Source of the DNA: Anolis carolinensis
Lineage: Eukaryota
Length of the DNA stretch: 64,000 bases
Assembly: GCF_035594765.1 (NCBI RefSeq)
Contig: NC_085842.1
Coordinates: 4,339,256 to 4,403,255, forward strand
Direction: 5' to 3'
A model generated the notes under the pieces. It was not told the origin of the DNA, searched no databases, and was given only the letters and a program-made list of their open reading frames with translations. Each line of letters begins with the position of its first letter. Positions within the stretch are counted from its first letter, which is position 1. A program made the translations under genes and the position numbers. Of this stretch, positions 36,539 through 48,479 are shown one piece after another.

Positions 36539-37024
36539 CGGAGTTGACCAGAAGGATCCATCCCAAGGGGGTGAATAGTCGGTGGCGATGCCTCAGTGGC
36601 CTGGGAGTTGTAGTTTAGCAACATTTTCAAGATGCCATGCAATTTCAAACACTGTCTTTAAGGGTATGGACAACTTTAGCTTGTAGGAAAAGCCTAGATC
36701 CCGTTGGGCCCGGCTGGGAATTACCACATATGAGCTGCATTTTGTATTGTCCTCCGATACTCCTTTTTTTTCCCCTCACAAGACCAAAAATAAGCCATGA
36801 TTTGTCTCTCATTTTCAAGGCAACGTCTTCATAGGTTTTCAAGGACTGGAGTTGAGTCTGTGGTTTGTTAAGTTGAGAATACTTTCTTTTTTCAATGCCC
36901 TCGCGTTGTGGGTTTGGTTCATTTGTGTTTGATTAAAGGCATTGTTGAGCTTGCGTGCTTCTTGGTCTCCTGACTCTTGAGAATCGCTCTTCAGCAGATC
37001 TTCCTTGAGAGAGAGTGGCCCTTT

Positions 37025-37886
37025 TTTTAAAAAAATATTTTTATTAATGTTTTTGTGATGCAACCATACAAACTTATGGATAAAAACAGGGGAAAGGAAT
37101 ACATTGGGGAAGCAGTGAAGGGGCGGGGAAAGGGGGAAGGGAAGGGGAGTAGAAGTACATAGATACAGACAGCAATTCCTCAAATTAATTCATTTTAAGT
37201 AAGTTATAATTTGTGACTGGGTCCTCCTATTGATTTGGTTTATACTTTTGTTTTGAGGTACATGTCCACTTTTTCCCAATTTGTCCTCTTGACAGGTTTG
37301 TCTCTTAGTTCTTTCATATAAAAAGTTAGTTGGTCCATGTCCCTGATTTCTTTCACCTTCTCTAACCAAAGATCTAAGTTAGGAATTTGTTCAAGTTTCC
37401 ATTTTTTGGCCAGTACTATTCTGGCAGCAGTTGTTGTATATATGAATAATTTGTCATCGTTTAATTCCCAATTTAGTGCCGGATCTAAGATCCCTAGTAG
37501 ATAGGATTCCGGTTTCATAAGGAACTTTATATTTAATATTTTTTGGATTTCATCATGAATAATTGTCCAAAATTTCTGTATTTTCGGGCACGACCACCAT
37601 AGATGATAAAAAGATCCCTCCTGTGACTTACATTTCCAACAGCTATTTGGGTAATTCTTATACATTGCATGCAACGTTTTTGGAGTCATGTGCCATCTGT
37701 GGAAGATTTTTAACCAGTTTTCTTTTAGGTTCCAGGCGTAGGTGTAATTGATTTTCTTCTTCCAAACTAATTCCCATTCTGAAAAATTGATAGGTTGGCT
37801 GATATTTCTAGCCCAGCTGGTCATACATTGTTTCACTGTCACTTCTTCTGTTGACCAGCCCAACAGTATATTGTAACTTTTTGATA
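37025..37886 (-). mobile_element. 5'-truncated L1-clade LINE with an 18-bp TSD
   Basis: ORF2 C-terminus with CWKC...H..W.C zinc knuckle and A-rich tail. TSD gagagagagtggcccttt at 37007-37024 and 37887-37904. Confidence 0.85.
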
Positions 37887-38329
37887 GAGAGAGAGTGGCC
37901 CTTTGACTTGGTCTCCAGTGCAATAGCGACTCCGCTCCGGGCTTTAGCCCAAAGTGTAAGGATCTTCTAAAGCAGTGGTTCCCAGCCTTTGGGCCTCCAA
38001 GTGTTTTGGACTTCAACTCCAGAAATCCCAGCGGTTAGGAAGTGTGGGAGGTGAAATCCAAAACATCTGGAGGCCCAAAGGTTGGGAACCACTGATTTAA
38101 AGCCTTGATTACAATGAGCCTGTAGGAGTGGGGAGGTGGGCAGAAGAGATGGTGGGTGCCTCCCTCCAGGAAAGCAGAACCTGCTTGCTCCCTTCTCCAG
38201 CTCTTCGAAGACCTGCCTCACTACGTCTCCATTGTGACACTCCAGCAAGCGTGGGCAGGCTCTTTCTTTCCTTTCTCTATTTCCCTCAACTCTTTTCTTC
38301 CTTGTGTTGTCAAAGACTTTCATGATTGG

Positions 38330-38436
38330 AATCACTGGGTTGTTATGAGTTTTCCAGGCTGTGTGGCCATGTTCCAGAAGCATTCTCTCCTGACGTTTCA
38401 CCCACATCTATGGCAGGCATCCTCAGAGGTTGTGAG
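38330..38436 (-). mobile_element. Penelope terminal-repeat fragment with a minimal hammerhead ribozyme motif
   Basis: Minus strand reads cct-CTGAGGA-t-gcctgc-catagat-gtgggt-GAAAC-GTC-agg. Confidence 0.65.
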
Positions 38437-38529
38437 AGAATGCTTCTGGAACATGGCCTTTCAGCTGGAAAAAAACTTTTCTTCCTGCCTGTCCTTATTT
38501 ATTTATTCATTTCTTTATTTATTTTAAGT

Positions 38530-39003
38530 GGCCGGGCTGTGGCACAGGCTGGTAAACAGCTGTTGCAATAAATCACTCTGACCATGAGGTCATGAGTTCG
38601 AGGCCAGCCCATGGCGGGGTGAGCACCCGTCAATTAAAAATAAAATATAGCCCCTGCTCGTTGGTTACCTAGCAACCCGAAAGATAAGTTGCATCTATCA
38701 AGTAGGAAATAAGGTACCACTTATAAAAGTGGGGAGGCAAGTTTAACTAATTTACAACGTTGGAATGAGGAAGTGCCATCAGAGTGGATGATGAAGCAGC
38801 TGCTCCCCCCTGTGGCCAGAATTGAACATCCCCTCAGGAGAAGGTTAAATTGCCTCTGCGTCTGTCTGTCTCTGTCTCGGTTCGGTGTGTTTATGAGCAT
38901 TGAATGTTTGCCCTATATGTACATAATGTGATCTGCCCTGAGTCCCCTTCGGGGTGAGAAAGAAGGGCGGAATATAAATACTGTAAATAATTAATAAATA
39001 AAT
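38530..39003 (+). mobile_element. SINE with a tRNA-like head and L2-type tail
   Basis: B-box-like gagttcgaggcc. Ends gccctgagtccccttcggggtgag..(aaat)n. Confidence 0.6.
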
Positions 39004-39989
39004 ATTTAGATCCTGCCCTTCTCACCCTGAAGGGAACTCAGGGTGGCTCCCAACAAAGGCACAATTCGATACCTTGAATACGTATCAAAATAGAACAACA
39101 TATACTTTAAAGTCACATAATTGAAACATATCAATGAAAGCAATTACTTACAACCACACAATCTGAAAACGTATGGCAGGAGCCATTGTTCCTTATTGCA
39201 CTAGCTTGACAGTCGGGTGCTCACCCCGACCAGGCCATCTTTCGGTTGGAAGATCTTATTCCTGCTGGTGATTTACCAGCTGTGCTACAGCCCAGAACTG
39301 CAGCTATGGGCCTCACCAATGTGCATTTTGCCATCCTGTCTCCATTCTGTGTCACCCGTCACTGCCCAGTTCTGGCCATGCTCAGTCAGTGTTAACTGGC
39401 CAGCAGAGTCTTCTCTAAGGCCTGGATCAAATGAAGGAAAAGCACCATCGGTTCCATCAGGAAACTACAAGACCTGGAGGTGGGTGCAAGCAGATACTTG
39501 GCCTTGGCCCATAGCACTTTCAGGGGTGCTTTGGAACCAAATACAAAAGTCATTGCAAAAAATCAAAGTCACGATCCAGTGAGACTCAACACTATTTTTA
39601 TTAGGATTATAAAACAAGCAAGTAACATGTACCGTATATACTCAAAGATAAGCCGAATTTTCCAGCCCTTATTTATGAGCTGAAAAAGCCTCCACAAACT
39701 TATAATCGGGTCAAGGCCGGCAACAGAGCCTGCAGGCTATTGCTTGCAATATGTGATCTATTTCTCTCTTCTCCTCCCTCATCAGTGTGTTTTCTTTTGC
39801 AAAGCCTCCCTCGCTCTTAATCAAGGGAATGTTTTGCAAAGACAAAGACACCCTTGCAAGTCAGGAAGAAGAAAAATATATATTCATTAATCTTATGAAA
39901 GCATTTTCCCCTGAAATATTTGTTAAACTCTCTTACAGATATATAGGCATTAACCCCTTGTAAGCTTTTGCCATCTCTATTTACCTTTA

Positions 39990-40470
39990 TATGTGTATCT
40001 ATCTACATACATTAATTTTATATATGAATTTGCCCTCATATGTTTGCAGGTCTTTGCAAATCCTTTATACAGATAGATCCATGTACCTGTGTATCTGTAG
40101 CCATACATATACATTTTTATATATGAATTTCGCCTCATATGTTTGCAGGTCTTTGCAAATCCTTTATACAGATAGATCCATGTACCTGTGTATCTGTAGC
40201 CATACATATACATTTTTATATATGAATTTCGCCTCATATGTTTGCAGGTCTTTGCAAATCCTTTATACAGATAGATCCATGTACCTGTGTATCTGTAGCC
40301 ATACATATACATTTTTATATATGAATTTCGCCTCATATGTTTGCAGGTCTTTGCAAATCCTTTATACATATAGATCCATGTACCTGTGTATCTGTAGCCA
40401 TACATATACATTATTTTTATATATGAATATACCCTCATATGTTTGCAAGCCTCTGCAAATATCTATATAA
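39990..40470. repeat. ~102-bp tandem repeat (about 4.5 copies) inside a family-2 MITE, followed by (TA)n
   Basis: Near-identical units atgaatttcgcctcatatgtttgcaggtctttgcaaatcc.., which explain the periodic ORFs. Confidence 0.9.
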
Positions 40471-40586
40471 AGAGAGATGTCTGGATAGATATGAATATAT
40501 TCTTACCTACCTATATATATAGGGCTTGCAAATATTACAGGGGGGAAATGAATACACAAATATCTATAGACATGTCTAGATAGATA

Positions 40587-40646
<60 letters not shown>

Positions 40647-40833
40647 TTGCAAATATTGTAGGGGAAATACACACACACAGGGGATTTGCAAACCTTTCAG
40701 GGGGAAATGAATATGTGAAATTAGTGTCTATAATTATAGATTTATATCTAGCTCTGCATTGTTCATTTAGGCTTTAAATGTTTGCCTGTTACTATGTTGG
40801 AAGCTGGCCTGAGTCCCCATGGGGAGATAGTTG

Positions 40834-40889
<56 letters not shown>

Positions 40890-41487
40890 GGTTATTGTTG
40901 ATACCATATTGTTTTTGTTGCCCCTACTTTTTCCACTTATAGAGCTAGTTTGTTTTTCTTTGAAATACGGTAAATATTCAAAAACATTTAACCTACTGAT
41001 GCCTCGATTAATGAAATGAAATTTTATTGGTATCTATTTTTATTTTGAAATTTACCCATAGCTGCTGCATTTCCCACCCTTGGCTTATACTCGAGTCAAT
41101 AAGTTATCCCAGTTTTTTGTGGTAAAATTAGGTGCCTTGGCTTACATTCAGGTCGGCTTATGCTTGAGTATATACGGTATACACATAATACTACTACAAT
41201 GCATGCTAATTGGAGTGAGAATAACAATATATCGTAATAATACGCCTTTATTTATACCCCGCCTCCATCTCCCATAGGGACTCGGGGCGACTTACACAAT
41301 GACGCACAATAGTGCCATAACATATACAACACAATACGACAATATATCATTCAGAGCACAATAGATAAGAGCCGACATATCAAACTGATAAAAGCAACCT
41401 CAATTAAGTAGAGACAGTAAAATATGGTCATAGCCATAATAAAAAGATCCATACAACAGTTCAGCATCACAAGTTATTACCTTAAAA

Positions 41488-42878
41488 CAGTGGTTCTCAT
41501 CCTTCCTAATGCCACAACCCCTTAATACAGTTCCTCATGTTGTGGTGACCCCCAACCATAACATTATTTTCATTGATGCTTCATTATCATAATTTGGCTA
41601 CTGTTATGAATCATAATGTAAATATCTGATATGCAGGATGAATTTTCATTCACTGGACCAAATTTGGCCCAAATATACCCACATTTGAATACTGGTGGGG
41701 TTGGGGGGATTGATTTTATCATTTGGGAGTTGTAGTTGCTGGGATTTATAGTTCACCTTCAATCAAAGAGCATTCTAAACTCCATCAACAATGGAATTGA
41801 ACCAAGCTTGGCACACAGAACTCCCATGACCAACAGAAAATACTGGGAGGGTTTGGTGGGCATTGACCTTGGGTTTTGGAGTTGTAGTTCACCTGCATCC
41901 AGACAGTACCATGAACTCCAAACAATGATGGATCTGGACCAAACTTGGCTCAAATACTCAATATGCCCAAATGTGAATCCTGGTGGAGTTTGTGTAAAAT
42001 AGGCCTTGACATATGGGAGTTGTAATTGTTGGGATTTACTGGGATTTATAGTTCACCTATAATCAAAGAGCCCCTTGAATCTCTCCAACTATAGAATTGG
42101 GCCAAACTTCCCACATAGAATGACCAACAGAAAATACTGGAGGGATTTGGGTTCCTAAGACCATCAGAAATACTGTTTGTGTTTTCTGATGGTCTTTGGC
42201 GACCCCTCTGGAATCCCCCTCGCGACCCACCCAGGGATCCTGACTGTTGGGAATGGACGAGCCGTTAAGCTCTAATCACCCTCTTTATGAGGTAAATCCC
42301 CTAGCAGAGTAAACATTACAGCAGCGTGAGACTTAAGCGGTGTGAGTTTGGAAGGCCTCTGTGTCTTCAGTAAGGCAAAGGGATGCAAAGTTAGCTTTAA
42401 AGTTTAGAAGCATTTATTGAGGTAAAAAGAAATCCATTGATGGATAGAAAAGGTTTGGAGCTAACTATCTAATCTATCCTGTTCTGATACACATAGACAG
42501 ATTAAAATAACAAAGAATATAGATAGCTACATCTTGACTAATAGAGGACAGAGGTGCATCCTATCTGGAACAAAGCAGGAAGCTGGAATGGCGACCAAGC
42601 CTCATGGGTCGCTTCTTCTCTAGGGCCATAAACATTCCAAAGGCCAAATTGGGGAAGTTACGTCAAAGCCCTAGGAGAGATCACATTTATAGGAACATCA
42701 AAAGGTGGGCTGACCTAAATAGGACGGGAAGCAGGAAACAATGGTGAATCCTATCTAGGCATGTTTTGGAAACGGGGAAAGGATTTCCTCAATCTAACTC
42801 TATCATCTATCTAACTACATCTAGACTTGAGTAGTCCAGGATGAATCCCAACACCGACCCCCAGGTTGAGAAATGCTG
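41488..42878 (+). mobile_element. SPIN (Space Invader)-type hAT non-autonomous element
   Basis: Begins cagtggttctca.ccttcctaatgcc..aatacagttcctcatgttgtggtgacccccaaccata and ends caggttgagaaatgctg. Recognised as SPIN/URR1-like ends. Confidence 0.75.
42245..42853 (-). mobile_element. Solo LTR (609 bp)
   Basis: Termini TGTTGGGA...TCCCAACA, 5-bp TSD ctgac/ccgac, AATAAA and TATA-like signals on the minus strand. Confidence 0.75.
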
Positions 42879-45192
42879 TGTTAGAGGGTCTTTTGATTCC
42901 ATGGATCTTTTAACTGATTCTATTTTAACAGAGGTTGTTTTGTCCAATTTATACACCCAGTTTGTGTAATGTTATTGTTTGCATGTTGATGTATTTTATT
43001 TTATGTATTACTAGCTTGGAAAAAGGCATTGTTTGTTTTGGGATGTTAGTTAATATCACTTAAGATTCCCAAGGTAATCACCCCCAAACCCTGATAGTAT
43101 TTGCAGTTGGCCATGTTGGGTCTGTGTGCCAAGTTTGAGCGAGATCCGTCACTTGCTGGGTTCAGTGTTCTCTGAATACGGGTGAGCTATAACTCTCTGA
43201 TGCCAAAGTCAATCACCCCTAAGTCCACCAGTATTCAAAGTTGGTAGCATTGGGTCTGTGTGTCAAGTTTGGTCCAGATCCGTCATTGGTGGGGTTCAGA
43301 GGGCTCACAGAATACAGGTGAACTGTAACTCCCAGAGTTAAAGATCAATCATCCCCAACGTCCACCAGTATTCCCATTTGGCCATGTGGAATTTGTGTGC
43401 CAAGTTTGGTTCATATTGTCTGAATACGGGTGAACTAGAACTCCTGGATGTCAAGGTCAATCACCCCCAAACCCTAGCAGTATGCAAAGTTGGCCATGTT
43501 GGGTCTGTGTGCCAAGTTAGTTCCAGGTCCATAGTTCAGGGTTCAGGGTGCTCTTAATTGCAGGTGAACTATACATCCCAGTCCCTATGTAAACGTTTAC
43601 CCTGATGTTAAGTTTAGTTGTGTCCAACTCTGGGAGATGGTGTTCATCTCCATTTCTAAGCCAAAGAGCCAGCGTTGTCCATAGACGCCTCCAAGGACAT
43701 GTTGCCGACATGACTGCATGGAGCTGGAGAGGTATCTATTAATCTACTCACATTTGCATGTTTTTGAACTGTTAGGTGGGCAGAAGCTGGGGCTAGTACC
43801 AGGAGCTCACTGTGTTCCCCAGATTAGAACCGCTGACCTTTCGGTCAGCAAGTTCAACAGCTCAGTGGTTTAATCCGCTGCATCACTGGGGGCTCCCAGT
43901 CCCTACAACTCCTATAAATCATGGTGAACTCTCCACAAAGCTTTCTCTCTAGTATGTTCAATTGCTGTGTGCTGTAAAAAAAAGAATAGGAAAAAGTTAA
44001 GGGAGAGGCAGTGGGCGGGGTCATGCAAATGGAGAGAGAAAGGAACACTGGGATGTGCTCGCTGTAACCTGCAATGTCCTTGGATGGAGTGCTTTGGTGG
44101 CTCCCCAGCATTCTGGGTTAAAGCTGTTTGTGGAGGCTGGAGGCCGTCTGTGTAAGTGGACACTTGTGCCATATACACACATGTTGGAGTTTTGGATTGT
44201 GTAGTTTGAAATTTAACTTATGGTTTAAAGCAATGTGCAATGTAATGCAGCATTCCAGTAGTGTAAGAGTTAAATGCATAGAGAGAGAGTTATGGCTAGA
44301 GGAAACAGTGTGGTTTCCGTTCACGTAACAGGACATTTGTCACTGCTTTCGAATGTGGGCATTGACAGTTCAGAGATAAGTGCTTCGCTCGTTGTCATCA
44401 ATCTAGCCGGACGCTTAGATGTACCAGCTGTGCTGTGTAAATACAGTAGAGTCTCACTTATCCAACATAAACGGGCCGGCAGAACATTGGATAAGCGAAT
44501 ATGTTTGATAACAAGGAGAGATTAAGGAGAAGCCTATTAAACATCAACTTAGGTTATAATTTTACAAATTAAGCACCAAAACATCATGTTATACAACAAA
44601 TTTGGCAGAAAAAATAGTTCAGTATGCAGTAATGCTACGTAGTAATTTCTGTATTTACGAATTTAGCACCAAAATATCGCGATGTATTGAAAACATTGAC
44701 TACAAAAATGCATTGGATAATCCAGTGTTAATTTGGATAGTTAATTTTAATTTTAATGTTAATTTTAACGTTGGATAAGCGAATGTTGGTTAGTGAGACT
44801 CTACTGTAGTTGTAAATAAATTGAATTGAGACAAAAAGGTGGATGTGTCTCAATTTAACTCTTCCACTAACAACACATACAGATTTTCATAGACATATAA
44901 TGTATTTTATGTTTGGCATCTTTATGTACTGTTTTGTAAGCCACCCCGAGTCCCTATGGAAGACAGTGGCGGGGTAGAAATAAAGTTTAGTTTATTTATA
45001 TTTATTTATAATCTTGGAAGATATACAACTCTAGAGCAGATAGGTCTCCTACCCAAGGAATGGGCTCAGCAGAGAAGGATAAGGGGGATTCCAGGTGAGC
45101 CTAGAAATCCATATCCATCATATTTGAATGGACATGTTGCGATAGATAGTGATGAAACAGTTTAAAAGACTTATTGGGGGAAACATACAGCT

Positions 45193-46860
45193 TCATGGTG
45201 AGGCAATTTGGAAATGCTTCTCCCCTGTGTGTATTCTTTTATGTCTAGCACACGTTGAAGCATTCCTGAAGCTCTCCCCACATTCCATACATTTGTAAGG
45301 CTTCTCCCCTGTGTGGATTCTTAGGTGATTAGTTAATGATCTACCATTACTGAAACTCATGCCACATTCTATGCATTTATATGGCATCTCCCCTCCATGG
45401 ATTCTTTGATGCTTAGTTAGTGATCTCCCACCACTGAAACTCATTCCACATTCCATGCATTTATGTGGCAACTCCTCTGTGTGGACCTTTAGATGGGAAC
45501 GCAGGTGTGCGCTCCGACTGAAGCTTCTTCCACATTCGATGCATTGATGTGGCTTCTCCCCTGTGTGGGTTCTTTGATGTTTCCTGCATGTTCCACTGTC
45601 ACTGAAGCTCATTCCACAGTCTGTGCATTTATATGGCATCTCCCCTGTGTGAACTCTTTGATGTTTAGTCAATGATCTTTCGCCATTGAAACCCATTCCA
45701 CATTCCACGCATTTATATGGCATCTCCCCTGTGTGGACCCTTTGGTGGTAACGCAGATGTGTGCTCCGACTGAAACTTTTTCCACACTCGATGCATTTAA
45801 ATGGTTTCTCCCCGGTATGGATTCTTTGATGTCTTCTGCATGTCCCACCTTCACTGAAGCTCATTCCACATTCTGTGCATTCATACGGCATCTCCTTTGT
45901 GTGGGTCCTTTGATGGTAACGCAGATGGCTACTTTGGCTGAAGCTCTTCCCACATTCTGTGCATTTATAAGGCTTCTCTCCTGTGTGGGTCCTTCGATGG
46001 GAATGCAGATGTCCGATCTGAGAGAAGGTCTTTTCACATTCTGTGCATTTATATGGCTTCTCTCCTGTGTGGGTCCTTTGATGGGAATAAAGCGATCCAG
46101 CCTGAGAGAAGGTCTTTCCACATTCTGTGCATTTATAGGGTTTCTCCCCTGTGTGGGTCCTTTGATGGCAAAGCAGCTGTCCAGCCTGAGAGAAGGTCTT
46201 TCCACATTCCATACATTCATATGGTTTTTCTCCTGTGTGAATTCTCTGGTGTTTAGTAAATGTACTATCATCACTGAAACTCATTCCACATTGCATACAT
46301 TTATATGGGATCTCCCCGGTGTCAATTTGTTGATGTTCATTTAACGTTCCACCATCACTGAAGCTCATTCCTAATTCCAGGCACTGATATGGGTTCTCCC
46401 TTGTGTGAATTCTTCGATGTTTAGCAAATTCTGAACTCCATCTGAAGTTCTTTCCACATTCTGTGCATTCAAATGGCTTCTCCCCTGTGTGGATCCTTTG
46501 ATGGCAATGCAGCTGTCCACTACGAATGAAGCTCTTTCCACATTCTATGCATTCGTACGGCTTTTCCCCTGTGTGGATCCTTTGATGGGAACGCAGAGCT
46601 CCACTTTGAGAGAAGTTCTTTCCACATTCCATGCATTCGTATGGCTTCTCCCCTGTGTGGGTCCTTTGATGGGAACGCAGCTCTCCTCTTCGAATGAAGC
46701 TCTTTCCACATTCTGTGCATCTGTGTGGCTTATCTCCTGTGTGGGTCCTTTGATGTATAGTCAGAGAACTTTTCCAACTGAAGCTTTTTCCACATTCCAC
46801 ACATTTATATAACTTCTCCCTTGTGTGTGCTCCGGGATAAGGATATAAATGGTATGTCAT
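45193..46860 (-). CDS. ZNF-C: open array of 19 C2H2 fingers (18 intact, finger 6 degenerate); first in-frame ATG at 46860
   Basis: The 590-codon open frame starts at a TTG. The acceptor at 47078 is separated from the array by in-frame stops. Either a finger-only gene or a recent pseudogene. Confidence 0.8.
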   Translation of the reverse strand: MTYHLYPYPGAHTREKLYKCVECGKSFSWKSSLTIHQRTHTGDKPHRCTECGKSFIRRGELRSHQRTHTGEKPYECMECGKNFSQSGALRSHQRIHTGEKPYECIECGKSFIRSGQLHCHQRIHTGEKPFECTECGKNFRWSSEFAKHRRIHTRENPYQCLELGMSFSDGGTLNEHQQIDTGEIPYKCMQCGMSFSDDSTFTKHQRIHTGEKPYECMECGKTFSQAGQLLCHQRTHTGEKPYKCTECGKTFSQAGSLYSHQRTHTGEKPYKCTECEKTFSQIGHLHSHRRTHTGEKPYKCTECGKSFSQSSHLRYHQRTHTKEMPYECTECGMSFSEGGTCRRHQRIHTGEKPFKCIECGKSFSRSTHLRYHQRVHTGEMPYKCVECGMGFNGERSLTKHQRVHTGEMPYKCTDCGMSFSDSGTCRKHQRTHTGEKPHQCIECGRSFSRSAHLRSHLKVHTEELPHKCMECGMSFSGGRSLTKHQRIHGGEMPYKCIECGMSFSNGRSLTNHLRIHTGEKPYKCMECGESFRNASTCARHKRIHTGEKHFQIASP

Positions 46861-47239
46861 TCCTTTTGTCTTAAGATTTAAATATTTTGTCAAAGGTTTA
46901 CAAATATGAACTTCTTGAATAAAATTTCTTTGATTATTCTGTAGCTTCTCTGGTATAGTTTCCAAATGATTCTTTTTAGAGCACAGTCTTGTTTTTCTTC
47001 TTCAAATTCATACGTGTATGGTTTTCAATATTATGTTTTCCTCTACTTATTTCCTTCTTGTTATTGCTGTGTTACTGTCTGTAAAAAAGCAGGAAAAACT
47101 TATTAGGAGTTGAGCAAAAGATCTCATCTGACCTCAAGACCAATAGTCCAGTGCTGCAGCAGGGCCAGGAGAAGAGAGGACGAAAACTGGCCTACCTGAA
47201 AAGAGCTCATTGCATTTCAAAACATCTTTTAACTCAATT

Positions 47240-48335
47240 AAAAACAATCTCACCCAGAGAAAAAGTGTTCTTCCCATACATCAAGGGAACCACGGACCGC
47301 ATAGGAAAGCTGAGAAAGAGACACCATCTACAAACTATCTACAGACCCACTAAGAAAATCCAACAAATACTACGTTTAGCGAAGGACAAGAGGGATCCTC
47401 TCACCTCTGCAGGAGTCTACCGTATCCCATGCAGCTGTGAACAAGAAGTCTACAAAGGGACCACCAAATGCAGCATTTCCCAGACCTGAATCAAGGAACA
47501 TGAAAGGCACTGCAGAGTAACTCAACCAGAGAAGTCTGCCATAGCAGAGCACTTGAGGAACCAACCTGGACACAGGACATTATTTGAGAACACAGAAATG
47601 CTAGACCACTCCAACAACCACCATGCCAGACTACACAGAGAAGCTATAGAAATCCATAAGCATTTGGACAATTTCAACAGAAAGAAGGAAACCATGAAAA
47701 TGAACACAATCTGGCTTCCAGTATTAAAAAAACTCTAAAATCAGGAGAGTAAATAAAGAACAACACTCTGAAAACAGGGGAATTCCACACATGAAACAAT
47801 CAGGACCAGGTAACACCTCCCAACAAAGGATTCCCCCAGGCAAGAATCAGCCAGGTCTTGAAGCTGCAAGGCCATTAAATGCTAATCAAGGTGATTAATT
47901 ACAACATTCACACTGGCCTCCAAAAGACAAGAGTTCTTTCTCCTACCCTGTACATTCCATCTATATATATAAAAGAGTGATGGCATCAGGGCAGCGGACA
48001 AAACAACAAAACTACAGGCCCCCCAACCTCGAAATTTGACAACACAACCCATCATCCACGGCTCTAGGTTGATACAACAAAAAGAAAAGAAAAATAAAGT
48101 CCTAATTACAGGGAGAGGAATAATAGTTTTTATCCAATTGCAGCCAGTTAGAAGACAACACCACAGCAACGCGTGGCTAGGCACAGCTAGTAGATATATA
48201 AAACCTCACTTGCTTAGTTTTTCCAATATACCTCACAACTTCTGAGGATGCCTGCCATAGATGTAGGTGAAACATTAGGAGAGAATGCTTCTGGAACATG
48301 GCCAGACAGCCCGAAAAAATCACAGCAATCCAATC
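47240..48335 (+). mobile_element. Penelope-like element 3' part with terminal repeat, interrupted by a mini-Helitron
   Basis: FPYIKGTTDRIGKL, AGVYRIPCSC and HREAIEIHKH motifs. Terminal ctgaggatgcctgccatagatgtaggtgaaac at ~48242. Confidence 0.8.
47960..48190 (+). mobile_element. Minimal Helitron (231 bp)
   Basis: a|TCTATATATATAAAAGAG...CCACAGCAACGCGTGG..CACAGCTAG|t. Confidence 0.8.
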
Positions 48336-48479
48336 CCTAGTGAGATACAGTGGGAATAGTGGCCAAAGAATCTGATTTGAGTTTTTCATATTGCAATGTG
48401 TTAACCAAGTAATTCAAACTTTGTAAAGGAGAAGATCTTGAAATATGGCCAATGCAGGATGGAGTAAATATTGATGGCA

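Noticed and set aside
37240-38016. 258-aa ORF as a host gene
   Set aside because: L1 ORF2 C-terminus bounded by a TSD; the N-terminal part is read-through from flanking DNA.
39977-40470. Periodic 153-aa and 159-aa ORFs
   Set aside because: Translation of a 102-bp tandem repeat inside a MITE.
45493-46812. Antisense and alternative-frame ORFs over the zinc-finger arrays (also 9754-10125 and 10515-10721)
   Set aside because: Typical shadow ORFs of repetitive C2H2 coding sequence.
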